Positions 13,170 through 27,083 of a DNA stretch of 64,000 bases are shown in pieces (the stretch's first letter is position 1; every line of letters starts with the position of its first letter). Source of the stretch: Phoronis australis (taxonomy: Eukaryota; Animalia; Phoronida); assembly GCA_002633005.1 (NCBI GenBank), contig NMRA01000318.1, forward strand, positions 211,594-275,593, in the 5' to 3' direction. Position numbers and translations under genes: made by a program. The notes below the pieces were generated by a model that was given only the letters and a program-made list of their open reading frames with translations, searched no databases and had not been told where the DNA came from.

Positions 13170-13550
13170 TGAAATGACCTACATAACACTTTGAGGTCAA
13201 GTGCGTGATTGGATCATCATTCCGCCTGAAAGACTCGCTACAAAACACTCCTGAGGCAGCGGCGTCTGCGTGAAGGGCCACTTGGGCCAAGCCCGATCAT
13301 TATGGGCGATTATGGCGATAAAGAGACCACATGTCCATTGGTTCAAAGGCGACCGGGTGGTCGAACATTGTAGAGTGACCTCAGAGAACGACAATCTGAG
13401 GACATCACTGGGGTTAATCACGTTAATGACACGATCATTAACTGACCAGAGCCTATCATTGGACTCCGATGCCTCCGGGTTTGGGATTCTTTTGGCCGAT
13501 AGGGGTCACTGCGGTTTCGGACGAGACGTCATACCTTTGTGAACTTTCAG
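13170..13550. promoter_or_regulatory. Candidate intronic enhancer with clustered nuclear-receptor half sites
   Basis: Six RGKTCA half sites (13175, 13194, 13340, 13376, 13503, 13540) in a relatively GC-rich block next to exon 2. Confidence 0.3.
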
Positions 13551-16386
13551 AATCAATTCAAAATAGTCTTAATGAAAGTGGATTACAAACTGGTAACCAT
13601 AAATAAATGGCACTGGTAACCAAGACACCTCGCTTGAGAAAGCCTTAAGTACAGTCGTGTTGTAGGAAACTTCAGTTCTAGTGCCTACGAGCCTCAGATA
13701 AGTCACGACAAGAACGATTGCAGAATTCCTTTTAGTGAAGAACATATTTATACTTATTCATCGAGCAAAACCATTTGCCCTTCACAACGCTATGGGCGTC
13801 GGTTGTTGTCGGAGAGGACAAACTTGGGCTTTTATAATTCAATGGTGACCTAAACGAATCGGTGCTGTGGTGAGAGGGGGGGGGGGAAACGGGGGAATTG
13901 CAAACGCTATCTGGATATGTTACTTATGCAACAGAAGTATTTTATCTTTGGGTAATATCTAATGGTCGCGTATTTGATAGACAGTTTAAATACACATCTA
14001 TGGTATGGCCACAGTAACAAGGCACCAGTGCAGTGTTAGAACCCTTGAAACACTCGCTATTTCTCGTCTTCATGTTAGCGCTATCCGATTTCCAGCGCAG
14101 CGTTTTTGCATTTTTCAAGATGTTACACATTTCGAAGAGTAGACATGGTTTAGCCTATACAACGCGCGTTATTAGAAATCCTAGTAAATCATTGTACACT
14201 CGAAAGATTTAGAAGTCTGTCGAAAGTCCCATCACGGCGCCCGCCCTATCGGTAACAGTGCAGTATTTGAGTGCTTCGATAACACGTGTAAACCAACCGG
14301 CTTGGCGGTACATGTTCTGGGTTACATCTTCCTAGCGAGACAACAACTCAATGACGCCAACTTAAATTTACAATCGTCACTAATTAAAGAATCTAAACAT
14401 TAACCATGTCTACGGAAGCTTAAGAGTAGAACATCTTAACGCTGGATGGCAAGCAAAACATTAGCTGTTTTATGGCACCTGAATCCCCGCCTGAATCGAT
14501 GTTTTTCATAACGTATCATCTATTTTCGTCCGTTATCTCCATTTGAGCAATTTTTCTAACGACTGAGTCGAGTAGTTTTTTAGTTTAACCTGATACATGG
14601 AGCCATACGAAAAGTTTGTTGAAAAAGAAGGAATGTGATATTTTCAAGATGCACTAGTTGTTGGCAACGACAACGAAAGTCTTTAGCAACAAAGTTTAAA
14701 TAAAAAGTGAGGAAATTTTGCACACTTTTCAGAAAAGTGTCTCATTGAAAAATTCGAACGATTCACATTTGATTGAATTTAAGACTTCAATCATTGTCAG
14801 AACAAAAATTCCTGGTTTGCCAAACGGTAAGGAGGTGACACGGGGTACGCAAATTTCTTCACTTTTTAAGTGTTTTCTATTATCATTACTCATCGTTGCT
14901 ATCACAAGTTAGCATCAAGTGTCTTAGACACGCTGCGAGAGGACCACGCGCGGCGAAGGGTAAATATCTCAAACTGCATTTAATTCTTGTACGATAAGAT
15001 ACCATCCATCAAATTCTACGTTAAGACCCTTATAAGTGTTGATGCCGACGTAAATTGTTATTTATTGAGACTCCATGGCTTATAAATTGTCCTGTCGTTC
15101 GCTTATTACAGTTCTTTAAGAATTGTCGTGGGAACAGATAGCATTTAAAGATACTGTTTCTGTTTCATTTTTGTTAATAACTACACGAAACAAATAGTAA
15201 GTCAAACCAACTTAGGTAAACATTATTTACAGATGACGCTCCAACATGACGTCATCTTTGTCCAATTAAACAAAATTTAATGGGAAATTTTTAGTTCAAG
15301 TTCTCCATTTCCTCTGGTGCGCTTTACAAAATGGCCGCCACAGTTCAGAACCAGTTATGCTAGCTTTTAAGAAGTGTTTCAATTTCAATAAAATCTTTCG
15401 ATTGGCGAGCTTCGTTGTTTGTTTTTGCACTGGTGAAAACAATGGAAAAGAGGCTTTAAAATCACACTGGTGAGTTCACGCTGTAAACAGTTTCCTTTGC
15501 CTATTGTATCTTATACGATTAAAAATAAAGTGAGGAAACGAAAGTGTTTTCAAATTCACCAAAAAATCAATAGTCCTCAAATCAAGAAATTGTGGAAACA
15601 TGTAACGATGCTTTCTGTTTTAGTGTACGAGTCTTGTTGCGGAAACTGTTTGTGTCCTCAGAATGTTAAATAGATTATTAATTGAGTTTATGGCGCAGAT
15701 ACTAGTCTTATCAACGAAGTATTTATGATCTCACATAAGTATTCTACAAAAACTTGGTTCATGCTGTAGAAGAACAATTCATACAGTTTATGGTCTCGTT
15801 TGCCTGTCGACAACCGACGCTCTGAACTAAATATTTACTATTTGTAAATCTTGTAAGTCATTTTAAAGGCTATTAAGGACATAAACCTTAAACACGCTGA
15901 TAGAATTATACAAACATTTTTCAGTCTGTCTTTTGCAGTGGATTTGCTTATAATATGCGTCAGCATGTTTTGACCGATGAAACGATATTATTAAAATATG
16001 ACGGAATGTTATGGCGTAGCGAACAGCTAGTATCAGTTAGTTTTGACACCACGGGAGTTATTTCCTGGAAGCAGGAGTAGAGTTTGAAATCACAAATTGC
16101 GCACATCAATTCGACCAAAAAATGCTGCAGTTCCGAGTTTAGCGGATTACGGCTTGACGTTCGGGCCGCACGTGCGTTCTTAGTTGAGGCTGTCGTGGGC
16201 ACATGGTTTGTTGCGAAACGCTGTGTTTTTTAGCAAAAAGCTTTATAATTAACGAAAAGTCTAATGGTTTTGATTAAAACGTAGCAAAGAAGTGGCTTCG
16301 GAAAAAAGCAACTTTTGTGTAGGGACCTTTTAATGTTATAAAATAGGTCTCGCCTTGTTTCTTGCACAGATTAGAAATGATTTCTG

Positions 16387-16748
16387 TTCTTCAGTGCCCG
16401 GATGCATGAATCAGTCCCAAACAGGGACTCAGCTAAGTTCTTTAAATCTACTGCGTATTTGTGGACTTGCGAAAACGCCGCGATTGTCCTTTCTTGCACT
16501 GTTTTAGTTTCATTACTAAGTAAAATTTTGCCTTTGATACAAATCGAGAGTGAACTCTGCGTTGATTTCTCAATATCATCGAAAATTAATAGGGATTGTT
16601 TCATGCAACGCTCCTAATTTAAGGACTAAGTGAAACGATAGAAAAAGGTTACGTCTGTGAGTAAAGAAAGACACAAATACTCAAAAGATTTAGGAATCTT
16701 AGTCGAGTCCCTGTTTGGGACTGTTTCATGCAACTGGGCACTGAAGAA
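16387..16748. mobile_element. MITE with about 60-bp terminal inverted repeats (PIF/Harbinger-like ends)
   Basis: ttcttcagtgcccggatgcatgaatcagtcccaaacagggactc... versus ...gagtccctgtttgggactgtttcatgcaactgggcactgaagaa. A related end, tgcaactgggccctg, occurs at about 17775-17789. Confidence 0.8.
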
Positions 16749-18132
16749 CTGACAGTCGGCAATTGATTCAGACGAAGCTGTCACGGCGGGTTAGTTTCAG
16801 AAAGAATCCCACGCGTTTTATGATTACAAATTTCAGTTGACACACACAAGAACGCTATGGCATAATAAAATGGTTTAAATCTGCTTTAAAAAATCTAAGC
16901 TTCGGCGTCTCATCTACAACTGAGCGAACCCCTTAAAAACGCTACGGGTCCGTTGGCGGGACTCCGTAGACGCAAGAATCTCGCGAACAAGCAAGATTGC
17001 ACAAGACTTTGCGTCGTTTGCGAAAGAATTGGTATGCATTGCAAAGCAATTGGTCCCACGAGATTCTTGTGTCTATAGAACGCGGCCATGGCCTTTCTAT
17101 TATAGACTTTGAATCCTGAAGACGAACTCTCCCTCCTGGGAGAACGAATGTGACGAGACACTTGACGTAAAGGGACACGTCTTGAAGTAAAGATCCAGTG
17201 GATTATTACTACTGATAAGTTTTGCGGGACTTTTTGAGAGATAAAAGACGATTTCAGTGTTTCCAAAAAATATTGAGATACATGGTCAAAGACTTCCTGT
17301 AACTCTTGACGTTTGGAGTCACATTTCGATGCTGGCGCGGTGTAGTAATGAAATACCGAGGGAAAGGGCATGATAATATTAGCAGTTTGATAGAGGATTA
17401 GTTATCTGAATTTGTTCGTCTAAAAATAAAATCTTGAGTTGAGTACCTATCAGGATGTAGCTGAAAACAACTGAATCGATGACAGCGGTCAGTTTATAAA
17501 TCAGCATATTTTCAGAATATAGGAAAGCAACGACCAACTTCACTTGAAACGCATTGAATTCTTTACCTGCTCAAACCAGTTATAAACCCGATTTCCGTAA
17601 AATAAAAACTTTTGATTTAGGACTTTTGTCGCTATCAATCTGTGTTGCATTAAACTTCAAAGTTATCGGCTGGATAAGTTTGATTGTTGCGTTACGTCAG
17701 CTGCATTGTTCACCAGTAACAACGTGGCGAGTGATAATGCGACGTCGTTGTTGCCATGCAGCGTATAACTTTTATGCAACTGGGCCCTGGTCTTAACTTG
17801 TCCCTTACTCGGATTAGAGACGATTCCTGGGCTTGGAAAGAAGCGACGTTTCGTTATTGCTTAAGATCAGGTTCGATAAGTTGGCTTGTCACGGTGTGTC
17901 ATTTTATGCGCCGAGAATAGTATCAAGCATAATCTATCTGTTCTATCATAGCCCGTAAATTATTCCACATCAAAGACCAATTTGATAGCAACAAGTGATC
18001 TAAATCAAAAAGTTGTTTTAAAGTCGAAAAGCTGATATGCGACCATTTAACTAAGCTGCGACTGTTTGCGACAACTGGGAACAGGATTAGAGATATAGTG
18101 TCGCACTGTTGCCATTTTTTAGATATGTTTAA

Positions 18133-19282
18133 AATAGCTCACTTGCGAGTTTCTCGTTAGTCACTGTGACGTCACCGGAAAGGGGGCAAAACCCGCCATA
18201 TTGCTCTTGTTTTGCCCCGAGTCTTTGCTACACACGCTAAAACTTACTGGAGCTCTTATGGGGAATTTTACGCTTAAAACGTTAAAACAACATAAGATAT
18301 GGTAGATGGGTCGTGGAATAACTGTGAATGGACGAAGAAAATGTGAACTTGTTATGTTGTGCGAAGCTGTGAACGGACAGAAATTGGAACTTAACCCGCT
18401 CTAGGCCTGAATGGCGCAGGCATACAGGGGCGATAGTGTAACCCCGTAAAAAGATATTCAAATGAAACATGCATATGTGCACATGAAGTTATAATTAACA
18501 CATACCCTGACTCTGGACACAATTTAGTCAACAAATAACTTGAGCATATTCATGAAAACCTCACGGTTCTCTCGAGTTTCTCTCACTAGCCGCCATTTTG
18601 AGGAAGTTACGTGAAATCACGCCTGTTGACGAACAAAAAGTCCAAGGGACACAAATCTTACAAATTTCACTTGATATTTTCTCATGCTATTTTGCAAGTG
18701 TCACGCGCCAGGTCACGCGCCAGATCTCGCGCTTCGCTCAGTCTCGCGCTAGCCTTTGCCTCATACTCACCTGACTCCAGTTGAAATACTTATTGTGGTT
18801 ATCGCGCGCGCGGACAAAGTTAACAGTAACCACAAAGTGGAGTTGGAATTCTTCGTCAAAGTCACCTGAATTCCCGTATATATGCTTCATCGAAGATATG
18901 TTTAGAAGCAGAAAGAGTCACTGAAGAAAGTAAGAGCCTTTTAGGTGCTAATTTTAGGTGTAGAATGTATTTTTGACGAGGTGAAAACTTTATCAGTGAG
19001 CGGATTTCGCCTACCGCCCGTTTAAAATACACGGGACGAAATTAGTACAGAACGCGATAGAACGTATTGTAGTGCGAATCTGAAGTTCATTTGCCATAAC
19101 AGCAATGCTTTTGGACATTTTTCGAACTAAACGGCTAAAAACTCGAAGACAATAACAGAATACACTCTGCTACCGTATTGGGCAAATGACCAAACGACAA
19201 GCTTTTGCCCCACTTCCCGTGACGTCACAGTTAAGTCTCACATAATCTCGCGTTATTGTTATAAACTCGCAAAAGGCCTATT
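18133..19282. mobile_element. Non-autonomous TIR element (about 1.15 kb, AT-flanked ends, ISL2EU-like)
   Basis: Termini aatagctcacttgcgagttt / aaactcgcaaaaggcctatt. Subterminal inverted repeat actgtgacgtcaccggaaagggggcaaaa / ttttgccccacttcccgtgacgtcacagt. CpG-rich interior. The superfamily call is inference. Confidence 0.7.
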
Positions 19283-22200
19283 CACATGAGTATTTTCTTT
19301 TCAAAAAACGGCAGAAACAGGCTGGGTCGTCGTGAACCCGACTCGAACCTTTCTCATTGTTTGTGAATCAGGGACTACGAACAATCCATGGTAACTTTGT
19401 GGTTGATTGAAGACCTGTCGAAGAAACGACTACCTAAAATTTAATTGGAGATAAAGATTCGCAATTTTAATGCAAAAATGCTGCGCAAACGTCATGTCGT
19501 TTGAGGGTCGTTAAAGCATATATTTTCTCGCCGTGATGTATTTCCAAGTTTTCTGTGGTACGAACAACCTGCCACTCCTCGCGTCATATTAATACGCCTA
19601 ACAAAACTGTGATTTTTTCAAAAATTTGATAAGTTTTTGAGACAGTACTGAGACCCTCGTGACGACTGAATTTTATGTCACAGTCATTGAAAGGTTGACG
19701 TCCTGTTATATTGTCCTAACGTCAAATGTGTTAAATTTGGTCGCGTGCATCAATTTTCTCCGAGCTCCAATAAAACTGTTAAGACGGCCATGGTCCCGTA
19801 CAGAGACGTAACTTTCGGTCGACTGCCGTTCAGTTGGAAAATGGTCGATTTAGTTGTGCACGTGAGTATTCGGCATGGAAAATATAACATTTGTCGTCAA
19901 AATTGATGGCAAACGGGCAGGGGCAGAAATCACAGACTGTGAAGAAATGTGAATTTGTTTGCATAGTGCATACTCGCACTCCCGTCCCCGACATGAAAAC
20001 ACCAGCTTCGCTCCTGGGTCTGTGATTTCCTCTTTGTAGGTTCATAGCCTCTCTTGTAAATGACATGTACACGCACTTAAAACAATCTCAACGAACCGTT
20101 AGGATTTGACGCGCCAAACTGTAAATGTTGACATTCGATGCGAGGGAGACAACTGTGTTTGCATGAGGACGACCCATAAATTTTTCGAGGTTTCATTCCG
20201 CGGGTTGGCGATTCTCCACCTGGTTCTCATGTTATATTTGTTTTGCATGGTCTCCCGGCGCGTACTGTGTCATTGACACTATAAATTACTTATTACACAT
20301 TTAATTTTTCAATCTTACAATGTATACTGCCTTTAAACCCCGTGGCAGCTTTGTGAATAGCTTTAGTAGGAACCTTGTCAGAGTGTGGATTACAGTTCCT
20401 CGGGGCAAGGAAGACGTTGAACTTGAATAGTTTTAGCATAGCCGACACAAGTACATTATTTATCGAACTGCGATACTAACAACATCGATAGGACAACAGA
20501 TTGCTATGACGTAATGCAGTCACTCGATTATTACACAACTGAACAAATCCATCTTTTTCTCAATTCAACTACAACAGGGTAATATTTTCACACACAGGTA
20601 TGCCCTGCAAGTATGCAGTAATTATAGAATCTGAGCAGGTCCTTCTTTGGTACTAAAATATAGCGTTTTCTTTAAGACGGCGCTTCACGGTACTTTTACA
20701 GATGGAAATCCGTCTGCTCGTGCCCTATTATCCATAAACACTGCACGCACCCTGTGTTGGCACATGACCAACTTTTGTCAGTCACGTCAAAGCTTACCAT
20801 CCAAGCTGAGGATTCTAACCCTATCGTATCCCAGTATCGCGAGCGCTCACTCAGTCACTGCGCCATGGTGAACCCACCAAGCCTCGATGTTTTCTTACAT
20901 TTCACTTGGGAAAGAAAATATCTAAATTTCGAGATGGGACTCTCACAGCATGCTATACATCCCTAACAAGTGCCTTCTACTTGAAAACATGAACCACAAC
21001 GCATGGTAACTCGCCTAAACAGGTTCACGTGCAGCGTTTTTGTCTAAGTTATTGCATTATGTTTTGTCCACTGCAGTCAAAAGGGATTGAAAACACAACG
21101 TATGCCACGACTTGAGTGAGTCTATCAAAATGCATGACGACAGATTGTCACGTTTTTAAACATTTTGTGTGCAAGAAGGGTTTATGCCAAACTATGCTGT
21201 TTCATTACAATAAACAGATAAATTAAGAAGTGCCATTTTATATGTGCATGATTTTTCGTCCATACATCGGCATGACGTTTCATTATATTTCCCCACTTGC
21301 TGCCGCTGTTGCAGCTGCTGTCATTGCAGCCTCAGAATGGCAAAACGCCATCTTGCATTTGGTTGTGAATTTCAAATCCTCTGTCTCATTATTGTCAGCA
21401 CAAGAGCACTACCGGAGACCTTTCATATAGCACAATCCCTAGTATAATAGAAACGAAAACTATAACGTGGTACATTGGCAAATTTTCTTCCCTAAATATA
21501 CACCCCAAGGTCGCAAGTTACACCTCGAATGAATGGAAGGTGTTATTTGGCAAAACAAATTTTCATTCGAATTCGTCAACGTAACTTTGATTTCGACAAT
21601 AAATGCCAACAAGCTATTTCACACATTCTCGTCTTTCCCGTTACACAGTTGTATAGTAAACAAGGTACCGCACTGAGACCGCATTTCCTATACAAATTCG
21701 AATAGTGTTCTGGAGCCACGTCTTCCTCGTTCGACGTCTCCCGTGTAAGTTTATGTCATCTCGGTCCGAACAACAAAACCGGACAACAATTACAACAACA
21801 AAACCGTGGCGCCAAGCTCGACGGACAGTGGTCAGAGGAAATTAGGCACAGACAAATTATTTGAAGTCAAAACTGCCACTTACGCAATTCTCAAGATGGT
21901 GTTATTTTGTATTAATATGTTGAAGTTCACGTTTCATCCTGATGCCCTATAGGAATATTATCAATTGGAAGATTGAATGATTGTTTCATCGAAGAAGGGT
22001 TAGTGATAGAAAATTACCCCGTTTTTATCGCGGTGAAACAGTGGTCGGAGCGAGAATGAGTAATTTTGGACCTTAATTTCGCAGTCTAATCCCCGTGTTG
22101 ATAACAGTGATAACTTCAAAAGAATTCGTAATTAACTTCTATGCATATTTCGGCGACGATTCCGAGTTCAGGTTGCAAAGAATTCCAACTTTCTGCTGGG

Positions 22201-23435
22201 CTGTGAACTTCACGTAGATAAAAAGAAGAACTCGACCTGAGTTCGCTTCATGCAAGTGGGACATACCTACTACACACAGGTACTAATGCATAACATTTTT
22301 TAACGTAACCAAATCAAATTCCACCACTGACAGCACTGGCCTCCTGTGTTACATTCTTGTCACACCTAGAAAAACTACAAAATATTTCAATACATCAATG
22401 AAGAATTACGAAAAAATTCCACCGCCTTTTGAATCAGAACTTGCAATAAGAGACCGAATCATTCGAACCTACTTCCTAGAGGGCGCTATTACAACACTTT
22501 TGTGTAAGCCATCTCCCGCCATTCACGCAGTGATGAGATTTCCTCGCTAAACACGTGGCTTAATGAAACGTCTTCTGCAGCTATCACAACTGACATTCGG
22601 CTATTACAGTTGGAAGATTGCACCCCTGAAGATTTACTGTTGTTTTACAACCATTAGGCTTCAATATGCCGAACTCCTGCTATAAAAAACAATGAGCTAT
22701 ATAAACGCAGCTGTGCTTGAATCAACATCAAAACAACTAGAAAGTGATGATTTAAAACCAGTTCCATCAGTGCATGAGTTGAGACATCGACACATGTACA
22801 CAGCACACAAGCACCTGTGGCAGAAATTAGCCTGGTCTTGTTAAAAGGACATTCTAAAAATGCGTTGACGACGATTCTTTGAATTATTACTCGAAAGACT
22901 GTCATTCAATGATGCAAGTACACCTAATAAGTAGTACGTATAACGTGCAAAAACGTCGAAAAAGTGGGATTGTTGTAAGCAGTTTATTGTGAAAAAAATT
23001 AGAAATCTCTTTAGTTTATGTCATATCTGAGACAAAAAGTAGTCCTTCTTAATGTCATCTAAATTTTTAAACGAAAAAAGAACAGCTCGGGATTAGGCCA
23101 ATATGCAGTGTTCTCCCTGCATGTATTCGAACGTCGTGCTGCACCGTGTTTTGAAAAGTTCCGAATCATGTTTGACATCTTGAGTTATATTAGAGAAACT
23201 CTGAGCCATGTTAAAAAACTTGCACCGTGGGGGAAAAGCCGGAGCTTTTTTGCTTCACAGGACCACAGTATTGCACTGTTGGAAGTATTTGATAGTGACA
23301 AGTTCGGCAACTGAAAATGGGAAACTATACCTCAGGTGTTTCTATGAATTAGCAAACTGGAAGATCAGGGTGCAAAGAATATTTAAAAAAGGTGCTATTT
23401 GATCCGTGTTTGGATTTTTGCCTAGGAAGAGCCCT

Positions 23436-23457
23436 GATAGATAGATAGATAGATAGA
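23436..23457 (+). repeat. (GATA)n microsatellite
   Basis: gatagatagatagatagataga. Confidence 0.85.
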
Positions 23458-25395
23458 AATACACGATTTTGGACAGATAAAGAAAACTGACAATAACAAA
23501 GCATTCTTTTCTCTCATAACGGTCAAGAAGATTTTAATTCAACGATGAATGTCAAATATCCACTTTTATAGTCTTGTATCCCGCTTAAGGCTTCTTACAA
23601 CAATACTCGTGACACTTCAGTGCTGTTCCATCAACACGCGAGCGAAATCGTCTTCTAGTTTCAAATATAAGCCTTTCAGGGCGTGCAAAGAGTATTATAC
23701 GGCGTAGCTCTAGGTTGAGCTCCGTAGACTCAAGACATTCGCGAAAACTCGAGACAAAGCAAGTGTTCGCGAAATATCGCCATGCGTTACAAGCGAAGCG
23801 CTTGGGTCGTAACACAAGCTTTTCTCACGATTGTCTTACACCTATACTCTACGCAACCATGTATCCCTTGCTGTAAGTTTCGTTGTTTTGAGATCTGCCA
23901 GAGACCCAAATAGTGAGGAAATTGAACTACCAAATGTTGAAATAGTCGACATTTGTTTGCCAGGATACCACGAAAGAACCTCTCTCAGTCTGTTCTAACT
24001 ACACTTCACTGATACGAGTGATTGCTTAATAATTGATAACACTCCACTTGTGTTTAGTTCCATTAGAGTGGTTCTTTGCATTAATGCAAGTTTTGAAGTT
24101 TTGTACATCATAGATTCATGGCCACGTATCCTTCCTATCCCATAGGTAATAACAAGGAAATGTCCCTGGCGGTATCGAGCGCCGTATACCACTTCCTTTG
24201 GTAGCGTGGGGGAGAGAGGCAAAGAGGGGAAGCATTGTCCCGGATGATCAGACAGTCTGAGGCTGATATATACAATTACTAGGCAGACAGATGATTAAAA
24301 CGTCGGATTATCGGATTAATGGTTGTCCTTAACCAAAACATACAAATCTTGCTATGCTGTCCGTGCTCCGCCCCTGTTAAGTTGACTGCAAGACTTTGAC
24401 GCCAATCATTCATTACCAGAGTTCTGGAATGCGGCTAAACAATGCGGCATTTGTTATTGTTGAGTACAGTCCAGCTACCTGGACTATTTAATATTAATAA
24501 CGTGGTCGGAATATCAGAAGACGTCACGTGTGAAAAACGAATAACTTAAAGAACCAATTCCACAATGCCTGAACAGGGTTTGTTTATAAAGACGTTGTTT
24601 ACTGAAACTTTCATCCGTAGGTGCAGTAATTCAAACAATAAGTTCTGTTTAACATGAGCTTACATAATGTACCTGGAACTCGGTAATCATAAAAACAATT
24701 AGCCAGATTAATTAACCCTTGTTAGTCATTATACTTGTCAAAGGGGGATATTTGCTCGCGCGCGCGCGATGAGAAGTCCGTAAAGGAGTAAAACAACAGA
24801 GAGAGAGACATAATCCTAACATTTTGTTGATCCAGCTCTTGAACATTGTGTAGAGCTTGTGACTTTATCTCGCCGACTTTGATATTAAGACATGCTTACA
24901 TTAACTACGAATTTCGTGTGTACGTTGGCACTCAAGCACTGTAACGGTTCCGTTATCGAGATGTCACCGGGGATTAACTTCGCATTACCAGCCAACTGTT
25001 ATAAACAAGCAGAAAATTTGACAAATCTTTTACTGATCCTCGCGCGTGACACGTCCAAGAACTTTATCAGTTTTGTAATTACATATAAATTGTTTGTTTT
25101 AATGCGTCAAGAATTTGAATGTGACTGAACCAGACCAGTTGTAAAGGTAAATCATTGTCACAATTTCCACCTCACATTTTTAGCCATAGACGTGGCATGA
25201 CGATAAACAACTCCACCCAGAACATGGACACCTATAAACCGCTTGTAGGTGTCTTGTCCCTGAGTTCGTGTGAATAAAACAATGTAGCTTATCTATAATT
25301 AATGAAATGATAACTACAGCTGCAGTTGAATGAGTGCACTCAATTTCTATACGTTACACAGTGAACGCGAATTTGACAACAAAATATGCTCTTAC

Positions 25396-25672
25396 CTATA
25401 GAGGCCTGTATACTCCTCACTGTATTGGTATCGAGACCCTTAGGCGATAGTCCGTGCCTAAAGTTTTTGTACAGGTGCATCATATAACGAGTGCCTTCCT
25501 CGCGTTCGTCCACAACCGGCACTCTACCACGAGGCACATTTTGACTGTTAAAGCCCAACGCAGACTGTACTGCTCTCCCTAACAAGTTAGTCTGTTCTCT
25601 GCTTTCTCCAGCAAAAGACAAGGAGAATGTCTCTGTTAAACAGAGGATAAGAATGATTACATCACTAAACAT
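25396..25672 (-). CDS. BMP3: BMP3/GDF10-like ligand, coding exon 1 (signal peptide plus prodomain start)
   Basis: ATG plus hydrophobic signal peptide MFSDVIILILCLTETFSLSFA, the TGF-beta prodomain motif YMMHLY...NTVRS, and donor ATAG|gtaag in phase 1 matching exon 2. The spliced CDS is 1455 nt = 484 aa plus stop. Confidence 0.88.
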
Positions 25673-26224
25673 CTTGATGCGTTCCTCCTAAGTCACATCT
25701 AAAACAAAGTTTATTGTAAATCTCCGCTCAGGTCTACAAATACACCAACGAATCTTCTTTTACGGCGTCAGTCAACAGGCACCTATCGCATTGTTCCAGT
25801 TACCCGAAGGCAAGTTAATAATTAAAATCGGTGTCACAATTCTAACAATCGCGTCGCTGGTCGTGCCTCACACCCTGCCGATGATTATCCCAGTAGGCAC
25901 CGTCGGTCACGTAAACATGTTTAATTTAAAGCTCTGTAACTGTCCCGCACTTGTTTCGTTCCTTTTAAGCGCCAGAACACCCGTAAAAATTGATACTGAT
26001 AGTCCCGTCCGCGGAAATTGAGTTTTAATTGCCGTAACGATAATAAGCAGACGGCAGAAAAAGTAAAACAACAACTCGGAAAATTCGGCTATAAATTAAT
26101 CCACTTCTCGAACTTCTAACAATGTCAAGTTTTGAAACACGATTGATAACATTTCACATTAGTCCTGAACACATCGACGTCCATAGAAGGTTTGATCGTA
26201 TCGAGTGGTGGCAGAGCAGTTTGT

Positions 26225-26290
26225 ATGAAAGCGCTCTGCACAGGTGTATAGGCCCCAAATCTGGATAAATAAACCTGGTCGATTGGCTCG
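26225..26290 (-). promoter_or_regulatory. Possible core promoter of BMP3-like gene
   Basis: Minus-strand CCAAT (26282-26286) followed by TA-rich tttatttat and cctatacac motifs, 550-600 nt upstream of the ATG. TSS unknown. Confidence 0.2.
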
Positions 26291-26844
26291 AAACGGCCGC
26301 GGCAACTCTTCAGCTAATTACGGTCGTATTGTGCCCTGGCTCCGTCTTTCTGTCCAAGATCGCGTCTTAATATGCAATCAATCGGTCCTGAGCAGACCGT
26401 ACTTCTGACAAGCTCAGTGACCCTGTATAACACCATTTTGTCTCCTGTTTATTTCTGTGCCTTGTTTTGGTTTTTATCGTTTTGTCCTAGGAGCCAGCAC
26501 TGGTTCTCAGTTTTGTCTGAATAGTCTATTTGCACGCTTGGACAAAATGGTCAGCGATAATTTCCAGCGTTGAGCTTTTGACATAAGTTGAACTTCTACC
26601 GCTTCCGCTGCACTGGAAGAGCAAGACATTAAATCACCAAAACAAGGTGAATTCCATATGATTCGTCATCATTTTAAACCGCAATGGTTTACATGTCATA
26701 GGGAAACACCCTTTCAGCTGCTTGTTTAGATGTTGGAGGACAAAAATAAGGATTTTTGTTTTTGTATCTTTGCAATAAATATTTATGGTCATGGTGACAA
26801 CTATTTGATAGTCACAACAGTTCTTATGATAACTATTTGTGGTG

Positions 26845-27083
26845 CAGTGGCAGATCTACGATTTCAGTAAGGGGGGGGTTTAGGATTCGAAAGAATCCGA
26901 GGCGCGTAGCGCCGAGGAGAAGGAAGGTCGTGAGAGGGTTTCCCTCCTCCCGTGTAAGATTTTTTGGGATTTTTAGTAGCTAATTTCGTTTTTCTGGCGA
27001 TTTTTTTTCCAGTTTTTATTTTTTATCCTGTCCCGAGGGGGGGGGTTTAAACCCCCTGAACCCCCCCTGTAGATCCGCCTCTG
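26845..27083. mobile_element. MITE with CAGTGGC.GATC termini and apparent 5-bp target duplication (hAT5-like)
   Basis: cagtggcagatctac ... gtagatccgcctctg, with flanks tggtg / tggcg. Confidence 0.8.

Noticed and set aside
16910-17371. 153-aa minus-strand ORF in BMP3 intron 1
   Set aside because: No recognisable motif, not needed for the BMP3 frame, and no convincing splice sites.
22398-22550. Short ORF with IRDRIIRTYFLEG, reminiscent of N-termini of some invertebrate integrase-type transposases
   Set aside because: Only about 13 residues of resemblance from memory, with no downstream catalytic region or termini visible.
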